From positions 240,014 through 304,013 of the forward strand of contig JAQGDQ010000279.1 in the NCBI GenBank assembly GCA_030141605.1: a stretch of DNA of 64,000 bases. Direction: 5' to 3'. The position numbers were made by a program, and so were the translations under genes. The stretch is from Tubiluchus corallicola. Its lineage: Eukaryota; Animalia; Priapulida. Positions 27,042 to 41,000 of this stretch are shown here, piece after piece. Numbering within the stretch: position 1 is the stretch's first letter; the number at the start of each line of letters is the position of its first letter. The notes under the pieces were generated by a model. It did no database searches and was not told where the DNA came from. It saw nothing but the letters and a program-made list of their open reading frames with translations.

Positions 27042-27990
27042 AAATTTGCGAGCTAATATAGTACAGTTCAGACCGTGCGCTCATTGTTCAGACTTTTCAC
27101 CAACACGTTCGCTTAGATTCGGGTGGGGGGGAGTATAGGGTTCAAACCCCTGACTAACACCATCATTTTTCTTTCGTTTCATGTCTCACCTCAACTTATG
27201 TCAAAGAACAAGTTCATCTCAGCGTCGTATTTATTCCTATTGATCGCTCTATTCACTTCGAAAAACGCACAGTAAATGTTTTTCCTCTTATTCGAATGTA
27301 ATTGCTAGGCACAATTCATCCAAGCGAGTCTCTCTTTACAGCTCTGGAGGAAACCGAGCATTATAAGCGCGTAACATCTCCTGAATTATAGATCAGGGTA
27401 GCTTGCAATGTGGCAGTGGTGGTGTAGCATGAAGGGTAGTTTATTGCCACACTGGGCGGTATTGCAAATTTATTGTTGCTGCAATAAAATTCAGTTTTTT
27501 ACCGTACCAGTACTTGAAAATGATGATAGACTTGTAATATGTACATGACAGTAGGTGTGTGTTGTGACAGAGTTCGATGAACACTTGTTTTACCCATATT
27601 CTGTGGTTTTCGTGATAAATTAAGGAGCTATGTCACTGTCGCTTTTTACAAAATGCATCATTACCCCTCTCCTCTAATGAGAGTTGGGGCGGTGGTGATG
27701 CTACCTTATTGTCAGTTCTGACTTTAATTTGTCTTTTTGTCTGCCATAGAGGAAATATTTTAAGCTTTGAACGTTTATGTATTCCTGATTTAATAGGATG
27801 ATTAGCGAACTGCAGATTTCCCATTAATTGCTCTTTCATTAATTTAAAATCTTATTTATATTAATTTAATTATTTTAGGTTGCTCTAAAACCCCTTTATT
27901 TTATTCTTATCTAGAATTAGTGAATTACACATCTGGTTAAGCAAATGATAAAAGTTCCATGTAATTCATTTCAGTTCATGTTTATTTCAG

Positions 27991-28102
27991 AGCTCCCAGG
28001 ATGGGGGGAAGTGAACTGGCAGAGAGCTCCTCCGGCAGTGCCGGATCACTGAGTAGTATTCCACGTCAGTCTTCCACGGCATCCATGCGGTCCTTAAAAC
28101 AG
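27991..28102 (+). CDS. ARHGAP32: ARHGAP32/33-like common exon (ATG 28001; MGGSELAESS...RSLKQ)
   Basis: tttatttcag acceptor, open frame, CAG|GTAGAG phase-0 donor. Confidence 0.75.
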
Positions 28103-28957
28103 GTAGAGACGAGTGGTGCTAGAAGTTATCCCGCATCCAAGGTAAATTTAGTGTGGATGACATTAAGGTAGTTTCACACATATGCTGCTTGTGCACAGTG
28201 TGATGGAATGCTGGGTAGATGTTAGGTGTTTTGACAGTCAAAGCTGAACCAGTTGCGTGTGATATGTGCAATGCAGTATAAAATACATTAAAAGAAAGCA
28301 AGATGATTTTACAAATCTTGCCCCATGTTGAAGTATGGTAAAAAGTACACATCTTAAGATCTATAATAATGCCAAAACGTTTCTGGTAATTAAATGATAG
28401 GTTAAAAATCTAATTAATGCCCAGGCAGTACAACTAGTGGTGACATCACAACTAAGAATAATTTGTAACAGCACAAATATGCCACGAGCATATCTCGCAT
28501 GTTCGCAAAAGCAAAAATTGAAGTACAGTGATACTGTGTGTGATATACAAAAACTAGGCAAATTTTAAATTTAAATTTCAAGTTTCCAGCTGTATTCACG
28601 CATGATCTCTCCAACGTGTACATTATGTCACAACTGAACAACTGAGAGGTACAACATCTGTCTTTTTCTGCAATGTTTTCGAAGTGCAGGCGCTAGTGCC
28701 CATCTAACTAACAAATCACGAAATGCATGTAACAACGAATAACTTGCCGTATGAATATGAAATTACATTTCTGTGATAATAATTCTTTCGCTTAAGTTAT
28801 TCTTTATAAAATAATATGTTCCCTTTCAATATTTTGTAGGGTACAGCTGTTGTTTTGACTCTTGAGCTATAGTTTAAGATTGGGTCTGGTTTTCTTTTAC
28901 AGTGGTTTTTGTATCCATTATTTATCCCTAGAAATCACAACATAACTTAATTTTATC

Positions 28958-29000
<43 letters not shown>

Positions 29001-32000
29001 AGCTAAGAAAGCACAGCGAGCTCACCAGAAAATTATCTAATCATAATGATGCACTTTCGAATTTACCAAGTGGTCATCTAGTCATATTATTGCGCAGAAA
29101 ATGAACCAAACGGCTATCTAGTCATAATAAAGCACAGTGAATCGACCAAATTGTCGTCATAACTCATTAGCTTGACTGATTATATTAAATCACTAGGTAT
29201 AAAAAGAAGCAGTCAAAATGAGTTAATCCAGCTTCTGAAGTCATGTAATATTTATTTTTGTAGTGAAAGTGGGCTTTAGTTCACTGATAACGTGTGGCTT
29301 ACAGGTATTGCGATAGTCACTTACAGACTATAATATTGATTATTGATCATAAATTATAGGTTTTTATGACAGCAACAATAACAGTAGTCAGTAAATTTTA
29401 TTCGCTGTTTTTATGGCTCTTTGTATAAATTGCAAATCGCAAATGATTAAACGTTAGTTTACATTGCCTTCATTGAAATATCTTGATTATTATCGATTGT
29501 TTGTTCCTGGTGGTGTATGCGCACATTGTATACAATCAACACCACCAAACTACAGTACCTGATCAGGATTTTTTTGCCAGCTTGGTCAAAAACTACTGCG
29601 CCGTAGACAGTAGTGCTCTACTGGATTATTCCAATTGGGTAGTAAACAGATATGTCACCGTGTGCATTTAGTGGCGGAAGTTAAGCTTCCAGATGTTGTC
29701 AATAGATGGCCATGTGAAAAAATGAAGGTTTTTTTTACTTATGTGGTACTGTTCTTGGCCTGTTTATCTTCACTGAGGGAGAATACCTTAATTAAATTTA
29801 ATTAGAACTCATGTTACTGATTAAGGTGCCATTTTTGTACATGTATTACTTTTAAAAACACATGAAAACTTTACAAGTTGGACGTACAAACCTTGTTGCA
29901 CTGATGTGTTGATATTGTTCTAGGACAAACGGTCAATAAAAACATAAAAGTTGCCTTAAAACAGAGTAGTACATGTGCCAATTAATGTCTGTGAGCATGT
30001 GACAATTACCTTTATTCTTTGGATAAGCCGATCCGACCGAATACTTTTTGAAGTTACATCAATAAATTTACATTCTGGCCGTTTTGATATTTCTATAACA
30101 CGGTTTCTGAATTCTCATTTTTTCTTGCTTCTAGTATTTTGTTGAAAATGTTATGATGTTATTTCAAATAACTGTTGATAGTTTGGAAGCATTTCAAAAA
30201 TAACATTGTTTTTTTTTCACTGTTTCAGGAGAACACGCCCAGCATCAAGGATGGTACATCGTCAGTGAAAAGAGTCAAACAGTTGGGAGTGTAAGCATCT
30301 CTTTAGTCATCTAATTCTGATAAAAAAATACCAAACTTTTTATATTAGATTTGCAAAGCTATAATTAAGAAAATAAAAGGGCACTTCAATATTACGTACA
30401 TTTTTAGCATAAAATAATGTTGGTGATGTTTCATAACCTATTTCATAACCTGTAATAAGTAAGGGTTATTGAAAATCGTTTGCGTTACACAAAAATGCAT
30501 TAATCGTCAAATTTTCGTCCTTGTATTTATATACTATAAATTTTGAGAATGTGTTACACTTCTGTTGTTCTCTTTACACCCCTCTTTCACTCAGCTGCTC
30601 TTCTCTTTGTTTCTCTGTTGCTCCCTTTTCTCATACTTTCTCTTACCCTCCCTTCTCCTTCATTCTCATCCTTTTCTCCTTTGTCACCCTTCCTTCTTTC
30701 TTTCTTTTCTTTTCCCCTCCCTTGTCTCTCTTCTGCTTCTTTCTCACCCCTCCCACTCTCTGCGCTATTGACTTTTAGAGTGCAAACACAACAACAAATT
30801 ATGGCAGTTTTTTTCATATGGAGTTACTTGATGTATTTTTTAAGGAGTTTCAGCTGTTGATACGTTGTTTGCAATTTCGGCAGCTGTTCCCTGGTGGTGA
30901 TATAAAATGATTAGGTTCAAACTAAACATTGTTGGCAGGGTAGGTAGGGTACTTTCAGACATAGCTAACGTGAAACATTTGACACTGCGCAATGTGCTAA
31001 CACCATTAAAAATGTCCAGAATTACAAACTGTATGATTTCCGAAAGTCGATTGTTAAAAGACGTACTGATGTCCAAGTATCTGAATTTCCAATATTTTTG
31101 ACAGCAGCTTGGCATAGCCTCTTGTTACCCGAAAAGCATAGTAATAAAATTTATTGTAAGTGGTTTGACCTTGATTCAATAAAGCGTTGTTTATTTTTGT
31201 CGTGTTTAAAAATCAAGTCACTGGCAGATTAATGAGGATTTGCTGCGACGAACAACATCTCACTAAAGGTTTCTCTCAGAAAATTTCTCATATAAAAAAT
31301 TTTAATATTATTTCTGCTTAAAAGCAGTACTTAACATAATTCTTAATTTCATTTTTAATTTTTTTAATTTCATTCAAAAAGATCTGTCCAAAAGGGTTTT
31401 GAACTTCAAAAATGCAGAGACGTTGGACTTGTAGCAATAAGGCAGCTTGTAGTGGTGGGGTAGCAAGAGTCATGTCAGAAGACAGATGACTTCACAAATG
31501 AAAATGATGAATGCATAAAAGCATTTAGTAGAGAAATGTTTAGGTTTTTTTAAAAACTAGGGTTTAAGTTAAATTCGTCTGGTGTACACTAGTGCACTAG
31601 GATAACTCGGAATTTTTTGCTAGTCTAATGCTTATAATTAATCTAAGCAGTAATGCCATTAAAGTAAATTAATTAATTACCAGCTCACAGATTAATAATT
31701 AATGATGTTTTGCAGCATGTCTGACTTTGTGGAGGATGGAGTATCTCGCTTCCCGAAGCTTGACGAGTGTGCACATTTTCACTACGATTATATTGAATTG
31801 GGGCCTATAAACGTGAGTATGGCTTGATGCAATTTCTGCTATGTAAAGACATCAATATTGGTCACGAACAAGCTTGCATTAATTATCTGTATAAATACGT
31901 ATGATGTGCATTTAATGTGTAACTGACTGACTAACATGACTAATAAATAGTAAATATGTCAAGTCCGATCAGTACCTCCATTTGAAACAAGGACCTTCGT

Positions 32001-35000
32001 TTAATTTGAATACTGTGACAATTCAGTACTCCGACCAAAAGTAGCTTTGTTCAAATCAGGAAACAGCTCAGACTTTTTCCGATTGCATCCTCTTGTTTAT
32101 ACTAGAATATTCTCCAGTAATAATTAATAATATTAAAATTAAGATAGTTAATTTACATGTTTTCTTTATTGCCTTTATTAAACATTTATTGCACAGCAGG
32201 ACTTAACATAATCAAACTTTGAGTAATAAAATTAAGAAATGGGAAGCTGATGGCAAAACTCCCTAGATGCTCTGTGTAGTGGGGAGTCATTTACCCTCTC
32301 CCCACTTGATGTAAACAAATCATGTTAAAAAGTGCATTTGCATATTAACCCTGGCATCATCACATACTCATATTGCCATAAATTTGAAAACAAACATTTT
32401 ATCATTTAATTTTGCTAGATTGCGCTTCCCATTACTACTACATCCCTGTATTAACATTGTCATAGTAACCGCTATTAGTGGTGGTCTGCAACTTCAGCAG
32501 GGGCATTTATTGGTGATATTTTTTTTCAGAGCCTCTATTCCTCCCGCCTCCATAACAATCCAGTGATATTGAAATTGCAACATTACGTGTTTGTGTTCAT
32601 TGAACGTTTCTTCATTCTGTCATTCATTTATTCAGACGTGCATGCATGAGGATCCGGTCGCTCACAGGCCAGCATCTGCAGAGGACGAAGATCGTGTATT
32701 TTATGTCCAAATCACGTGTAATGGAAAGACGTGGGTCGTACGACGTACGTACGAAAACTTTCGCATGCTTGACAAGCAGCTACACAGGTAAAATCTAACC
32801 TTATTAATTGCTTTCATGTACTTAATTAATACGTGCATTTCTTACTGCCAGACACTTATAGCATCAGTAATGATGACGGTGATTTTTTATGCAGTGCACT
32901 ATAAAAATTTTCTGCACATCTGGATTTTTATTGCCGTCAGATATTATTATTATTATTATTATTAAGTTTTATTATTAAATTTTTGTGACAGTGCAGCACA
33001 AAAATGGAATATATGACAATTGGCAAATGTCATCGCTTCAATGGTTTAGCAGTGTTATCGCTGCATACAGACTTTCTGAATTTTGTTAGTTCTTTAAAAG
33101 AAACTGTTGTTTTACAGATGTGTTTATGACAGAAAATACAGTCAGTTAACTGAACTTCCAAAAGGGGAGGTGCTTGTAGATGAGCCAAAAGAGGTATGAA
33201 TGGTCTACTATACTCTTAATCTTCCCAATTTTTTTATTACATTTTTTTTAATTTGTTACATTATTTCTGAACTAAATTGGTTTGATGTTGCTGAATTAAT
33301 GAGGGTTCTTCTTTGGTTTTGACTCTAAACCTGGATTTTGAAGAGTTCATGTAGTGGAACTTAAAAGCAAGCTATTGCTGGCTTGGTAATGCTGTGTTGT
33401 TTTGCTATTAAGTGCAAGATTTTCACATTTTTTAAAACTAGTTTGAGAAATCATGGCTTTGATTTTGTAAAAACTTAGAGTTTAGCAGCTCACTGCAAGA
33501 CCTTGAAAGATGTTCTTTTTTGGGTGACATTAAACAAATACGCATCACTTTTGTACCGTGCATTTTAACGACAATTAAATGATTTCAACTTATTTAATTT
33601 TTATGACTTGGCATCCGATCAATGATGTGTTGCTAACAAATGTTCTAGTCCTCTGTAAGTGCCTCCATCTAGTAGAATTTTCCTTTTCTCTAATCATACA
33701 CAGAATTTTCAAAATGCAATTTATATATTCATTTGTGTAACATGTAGTTTGCATTTTTGTGCTAATTTTTATGTGAAATATGTAGTTTTCTATTGTGTTG
33801 TACGTATTTCTGTGTATGTGGAAAATGAATAAATCAAAATAAAATAGAAATAAAAGAAAAGATTAACAACACTTTGTTGGTATTCACAATTATATTGTTG
33901 CTGTTCCAGAGCATTAAGCACATGCTGTCCAACTATTTAGCTCGATTCTCTAGCATTTCTGGCAGCATTATCAGCTGTGGTCCGATTCTCAACTGGCTGG
34001 AGGTATGAACTTTGCTTTAGTTTTTGTTAACTTCTCCTTGCATTTTCACAGTGTCACTTGTAAACTTTTTCAGCAATAAATTATACTCACAAGTCTGAGG
34101 CGCATTACGGTTATGGTGGTAGTCAATTAGAAATTCTGCTGTAATGATAATTTCTAGCTTAGAAATCGATTAGGTTCTGTAAAAAGTTAAAAATTATGTT
34201 AAAATATGCTCGTTAGTTTTAATCTTTGTTGAAACGGTGAAAGGTAGGCACTACATCACAGCATTCCATCATTCACATAAAGGCCGATGCTAGATAAACA
34301 AACAGCAGTATCAAAAACTGTCAGAAAATACAAACCGTCTCTTAGTTTTAAAAGGAATAATTAATTTAATCATAATGGCAATTATTAATCATCACTTTCC
34401 TATGCCGCAGGGCCATATTTTTTATCCGAATCCTAGAGTCCATTCGCGTCAATGCTCGTTACCGCAAATTTGGTTAGATTCGTGCAGGTTTTACCTGAAC
34501 GTTAAAAAAAATAGAAGTAATCTGACCTTTTTGCTAACACGTATTGCACTTGCGAGCTTACTTAGTTACTTTACAAGTGTCTTTGGCATACTGCGCTTTT
34601 CACTCAGAGTTGCACATAAGAATTTTAGGGATCTATGCTCGTTGCCAAGCAACAAGAATGCAAACTCCAGGTAGACTGCGTAAAGTTTGGAAAGGACTGA
34701 TTTTGCCCTATCTGTAAAATTTTTTGTGTTTCGCCTAAATTTAGAGCAATTCATGTTTCAAATGCTTGTTATACACTTCTTGACGAAGGAAATGATGTGT
34801 GTTGCTCACTGACAAACAGATGAAAAAACAAAATTCTAAATGGATTGGAAACTGAATCAGGAAACGTTAGGTCTCCTTCTGAAAACGATGTCAGTATTGA
34901 TAGTAATTAATTCTTATAATGAATCACTTTAATTGAAATTCTGTCTTCATTCGTTCAGAATCTGCATAGATTCTGGCAAAATATAACGAAATTCTGCCCC

Positions 35001-38000
35001 CTACAATAACCGTAACCTTCTGACTATAATTATGTCCCCAGACCTGAATACGTATAGTTTTCAACATCATGCAAAATATTTTTTTACTTTCCTGTGAAAT
35101 GGTTAGGTTAGTTTAATTAGTTTCAAATGAACCATTTTGATGTTTGTGAACTTAATTGAGACATTTTCAGTCAATTAAATTTTTTCCTGTCTGTCACGAG
35201 CAGATATTTGTGAGATAATTAAAGCACGGTTGCTAATTGTGTTTTTAATTAAGTTAGTAATGAAGTGAGAAGCAATAATTTAGCGCTTACTTAATAGACG
35301 TAATCATTTTTTTGCCTGAAGGAGAAGTTTGGTGCCAGATTGGTGAAATTCCTGGCATTTACAAATTTTTGCAAATAGATTTTCCTGCATAGAATACTAT
35401 AGTTATCTATAGGTCTCGCGTCTCAGTCTGTTTGCTTTAGCCATTTTTAGCCATTTCACAAAATTAGTCTTGCAAAATTGTACTGTTTATCTTGTCATGC
35501 TTTATCTCTAATCTACTCTATAAATAGTTGAAGGTCTATTGCTACATTACACCATCGTATTGCTATCTTTATGTGAAAGCCATTGAGAATGTTTCCCCAT
35601 TTATTACAGAACTCTGACAGTTTGTTCAAAATGCAAAATTGCTCGTTTTGCTCACTGCTTCAGCATCTTTATCCTGGACATTTAGATGCAGAACCGCTGT
35701 TTAGTAGCTACATCTTTTGCCTTGAACTTCTGATATGTGGAAACTTTTCTAGAAATTGTTTTTAATTTGTGACAGCCAGGCTTTAAGAAGAACTTTAGTA
35801 GAGCTTGTAACTATAGTTTCTTACTTCGAGTGGCCTTTATTTGGAGGGGGCGAGGAAAGACCACCCTGTCATTGTTATTGAGCACCAGAATTTGGTTTGC
35901 ACCAACTAAATTTAAAAAGAATATATCTGCAGTTTCATTAGCTTACGTTGCGACTGAAGTCAATTGTAGCAAAATATAAATGAACAAGAAAACATACTTT
36001 ATAAATAAAGCTTAAAAAATTTGACTTGAAATTTGATGTCAGTTACACGCTGTTTTATTAGATATAGAACGTGAGTTAGCAGGAGTGCTGTCTAAAACTT
36101 GTAAATTTTAACTATCTCAATGACCATTAGGTGCAGACGTATTGAACGAAAAACATGAAATTTGTTAGCATTTTGCCGATGATTTATGTAGCTAATTTTA
36201 AGGAGTATGCTATTTACTGTGTAACAAAATCTCATGTATGGTGTTAATTTTCAGATGGACAACCGGGGTAATCGTTTGCTAGTGACAGATGAATCGTCGG
36301 CAATTAACACACCGGCGGTGGCGGCTGCGCATGTCGTCAAACGATACATGGCGCAAGCTGCCGACGAAATCTCATTTGAGGTAATTAATTCGCGTAGTGA
36401 TTAAACTTTGTGTAGTGTGTCACTGCCTGTCAGCTTGTATAAGTATATTATCAACAAATATAGTGTCTGCCTATGAGAAGCCTTTGATGTTATGTGGATG
36501 CAAAATCTAGCAACTGCTTTGTACTTTGTTCTTCATGACACTTGCTACATAAGTCAAGTCTATCTCGAAAGACGGTTTTTAATATCCACCATACCCAGTA
36601 ACAAACTGTTGATTATTAATCAATAAAGTTAATTAAATTGAGATTTTAACAGCTTAGTGTTGTCCAGACTGGATGGCTGCACGATATACATAATACTTGC
36701 AATCCTGTTCATTTGTGAGCTATCTATATGAAACGTGCTTGAGTTCAAAGTTTTTTTTATTGTAAAAGACTACACACTGCACTCATTTTGAGCTTAAGGA
36801 AGCAAGATTTAGTAGGCCTCTTAGACTAAATTTGATTAGATTCTTGATTTCAAAGCATCTAAATATTCGTTTAGTTTCGTTTAATCTTTCTTCATTTATA
36901 GTTTACATTTTTAAACTTTGAATCTTAGGTTGGTGACATTATATCTGTGATTGATATGCCTACACCGGAAGAATCCATGTGGTGGCGAGGAAAACGTGGA
37001 TTTGAGGTATGCCAAATCCCGAACTTACAATCTTAATCTTGATGAAAATAATGTAAGATTATTTTATTAACAAAGCCTTAGCGAAAAATCATGCAATGTA
37101 CAATCTATTTTGTGTATTCTACAAACATGGGCTTCACTTTTGGCAGATGAAAAAGTTATGAAAAAAATATAATTTTCCTGGCGGTCTTCGTGAAACCCGA
37201 TATTACTATGTCGTTTGCTAGACATTGTTATTATATCATAAGTCCGACAGTTTCATACTGTGTCACGGGCAGAAACTCTTGGAATCGAACCCACAATTTT
37301 CAACATAGAGCACTTAATTTTTGTATTTTAGCATCTGTATAGTCTGATTTATTTTGATTACAGGTGGGCTTTTTTCCACGAAATCACGTAGAACTAATCG
37401 GAGACAAGTCTCAAGTGCCACAACTAGTCAGGGCGGGTCGACTGGCGACGCCCACACCCTCTGAATACTCCGGAAAGCCTTTGTTTCACAAGCACGGCCG
37501 ACTGATGGACTTCTTGCGCTCGTTCATGACGACGCGACCATCCAGGCGGCGCTTGAAACAGCGCGGAATTCTGAAGGAAAGAGTCTTTGGTTGTGACCTC
37601 GGAGAGCATTTATTGAATTATTCCCAAGATGGTGAGTTATTAAGCACGTCCACATTATTGTAGATCCCAAATGCATTGAAACAGTTAAACTGTCACAACG
37701 TTATCAATTATATTGCTAAAAAAAATTTACCGTAAAAATTGCCGTAATAATAAAATTTATCCCAAATAATAAAATTATCGTATATAAGACGAGCTAAAGG
37801 TGAGTTCACATGATGCATGCTTAACTGCAGATTTAAATCATCATATGCAGCATATCGCACATCAGCAGAGCAATGTCAGTGGAACTAGGGTTGTGTTCAC
37901 AACCAGAGCATTTAAAACTCAAGGTCAAGATGAAGCTCAAAGTCATACATTTTGACATTTAAAAACAATATCGAGATCACATTTGTCAAGACAATCGTTA

Positions 38001-41000
38001 TATAAGTAAAACCAGAAGAATTGGTTTTAATCAACAAAGGGAACCAACAGCAGAACAGTAGTTCAGAAATCCAAGTCTTAGAATAAACAACAGTATGGAA
38101 CAGGTGATATAAAACCGTGAAACTTTGTTACTTTGCACTTTTGGATCACTTTTTTGCAAAGAATCTTTCTGGATAAACTTATTGCATTACATATCCACAG
38201 CAAACTCTGTGTAAAGTAGAAGTAAAACTTAAAAAAAGAAAAGTAGAAAAAAAGGAGCTTTTGAACATCAAAGTTCAGATAATAACAAATTTTATGACCA
38301 AGAATGACAAAAATTAATGACGAAGCAAAAACACTGCCCCATCTTTGTTTCAAGATTTAGTGATGTGAGCCTGCGTTTCTTGTATATATGTCTAAATGTT
38401 ATGGTTTCTGGTTTCAGTTCCAACAGTTTTACGATGCTGTGCGCAAATGATAGAAAATCATGGCATCGTGGACGGGATCTACCGCCTTTCCGGAGTTTCC
38501 TCTAATATCCAGAAACTTAGGTAAGTACAAAATGAAAAACCGAGACCGCAACAGTTTTTTATTTTTGTAGATTCACTTTCATTTGCAAATACTTCATGAC
38601 AGGTACAGTGTATGAGTTGCCCCTAAGAGCAGAAATAGTATCTTCTTTTTCTGAAGTAAACACTTAGCAACAAATTATTGATTAGTAATCAATAAAGTGT
38701 AACCATTAACAAATTATTTATACTAATCAGTAAAATGTAACAAGTAACAAAACTGTTGATCACTAATCCTTAAAATGAAGCCAGTAACAAACTTGATTAC
38801 TAATCAATGAAGTGAAACCATTGACAAATTGTCTCATGACTGGAAGCTTGTCGTACAACTGAAATCACCTGTGTTGCTACTCTTACATACTTTAGTTTTC
38901 AGTACTGTTAGTCATTTTTTTCATTTTCTTGTTTGTCTTTTGCAGACATGCCTTCGATGAAGACAGAGTTCCTAATTTGGAAGACGAGGAAATTCTACAG
39001 GATATACACTGTGTGGCTTCGTTGCTGAAAATGTATTTCCGGGAACTTCCGAATCCGTTACTGACTTACCAGCTGTACGATAAGTTTGTGGTAAGAATGT
39101 CTCATTTAATTAATTAATTGCTGTTTTATGATTATTATTATTAAATGAGCAACATTGGCTTCTTTATAAAATAACCTTGAATTATTTCTCATGCAATTTA
39201 ACATTACATGACCTTTGTGCAAAGAAATAATGATAATGATGATAATGATATCCGATCTTGCGGTTTCTAGTCCAGCTCTACATGGCAGAGCTTACTTAGT
39301 GTAGGCATTTGTGGTAAGATCGCAACATAGCTAATTATTAAGGCAAGCCTGCAAAATGAGGCACTGAACTAAGGGTGGTGTTTTTGCTTAAAATGTGTAT
39401 ATTTTGACTTTTTTGTGTCGACTTTACAGTCAGCAGTCCAGGACGAGGAAAACAGGCTGTTCAGAATTTTCGATGTCGTTCAGCAACTGCCGCCGCCTCA
39501 TTATAGAACGTTAAAGTATCTCATCTGCCATCTTGCCAAAGTGGCCGCGCATGGTGGTGAAACTGGAATGCACTGCAAGAATCTTGCCATCGTATGGGCG
39601 CCTAATTTGCTAAGGTAGCTGCAGAAAATCATGATTCCAGCTGCAGATTTTAACTTTGGATGTACTAACATAACTAAGCATAATTGCTTTTTAAAAGCTG
39701 GTGTTTATTCACTTATAATATTCATGAAAAAATTTCCAGCCATTATGAACACCAGGAGAGCTTTTGTGTGAATTATTAACTTTCAGTAAGTTTTAAAATG
39801 TGTGTTAAAATTCCACTTTATTTTAGATACATAATTCTTTTAGTAAAGTATACAATGGAACACAAGCTTAACATAATTATACATGCAAACATGGACAGAA
39901 GCTTTATGACATTGTCTTCAGGCAATCCACTCATTTCTCATTTGTCTATATGCAAAATTACTCAACTAAAATTGTACAAATTACACTAACAGAATTAATT
40001 TAACCCTTTCACTGTGGAAGGCGGCACACTGCCGCCTATGTTTTTCTTGTAAGGGACAGAAGGCGGCAGACTCCTGCCCGAGCTCAGCAATAGGCGCAGT
40101 TACCCCGATCTGTTTATTTCACTGCTACGGCCATGCAAAAACATTGTAGAAAAGTTTAACAGCTGTGAGACTGAGTTGCTTCGCAACAAGTAACGCTAAC
40201 CAGCCAATCGGCATCTGACGCCAGGTGCATTCCATATTACTGTACTGTGTAGTACGTTCTCATGCAAAATTACTTGTTGATAGTTGGTGAAACGTGTTTA
40301 GTCACTTGTTCTGCATTCTTATAAAATAATTACGTGCTATGGATTTGTAATATTACGACTTTTGTGAAAATTGGCTTCTAAATTTAAGTATGTGCTTATT
40401 TGTGTGCGTAATATATGTGAGTGCAGATGTATGTGCATGTGTATAAATAAAACTAATATTCAATATAAGTGTTTTATAACAAATGGCTATTTGTTTAGTC
40501 ACAAGATTCTGTTTTAGTAACACACCACAAGAAGTTATTGTCAGATATGCAAAAGCCAATGCGGTTCTGTTAAAAAGCAACTACGTAGTGAAAGGGTTAA
40601 AGCTTAAAAAATAAACCCTATCAAATATAATTATTAAATGACAAGACAGTTGGTTACAAAAATTAAAATTAAAATTTTGTTATTATTTATTTCTGATGTG
40701 CTTAAGAACAGGGCCAAGTTGATATCAGGTAGTTGTACCACAACTTAAAATGTTGTGGGTGAACCATAACATAAAATGGCTCGAGGAGTAGCTTTTTTCT
40801 CTACTTAAAAATTTCTCCTCAGACAAAATTATACACAATTTTCATAATGAAAGCCAAAAACGATTTAGACGTAGAATTGACTAACCAAATATCCATTTTT
40901 ACTCTGTGACGTAGTGCATTTTTAACCATTTGATATTGCTGTCTGTTTATTAAAAAGGCTTATTTTTATTTTATTTATTTAATTTAAGGTAATAGGCTCT

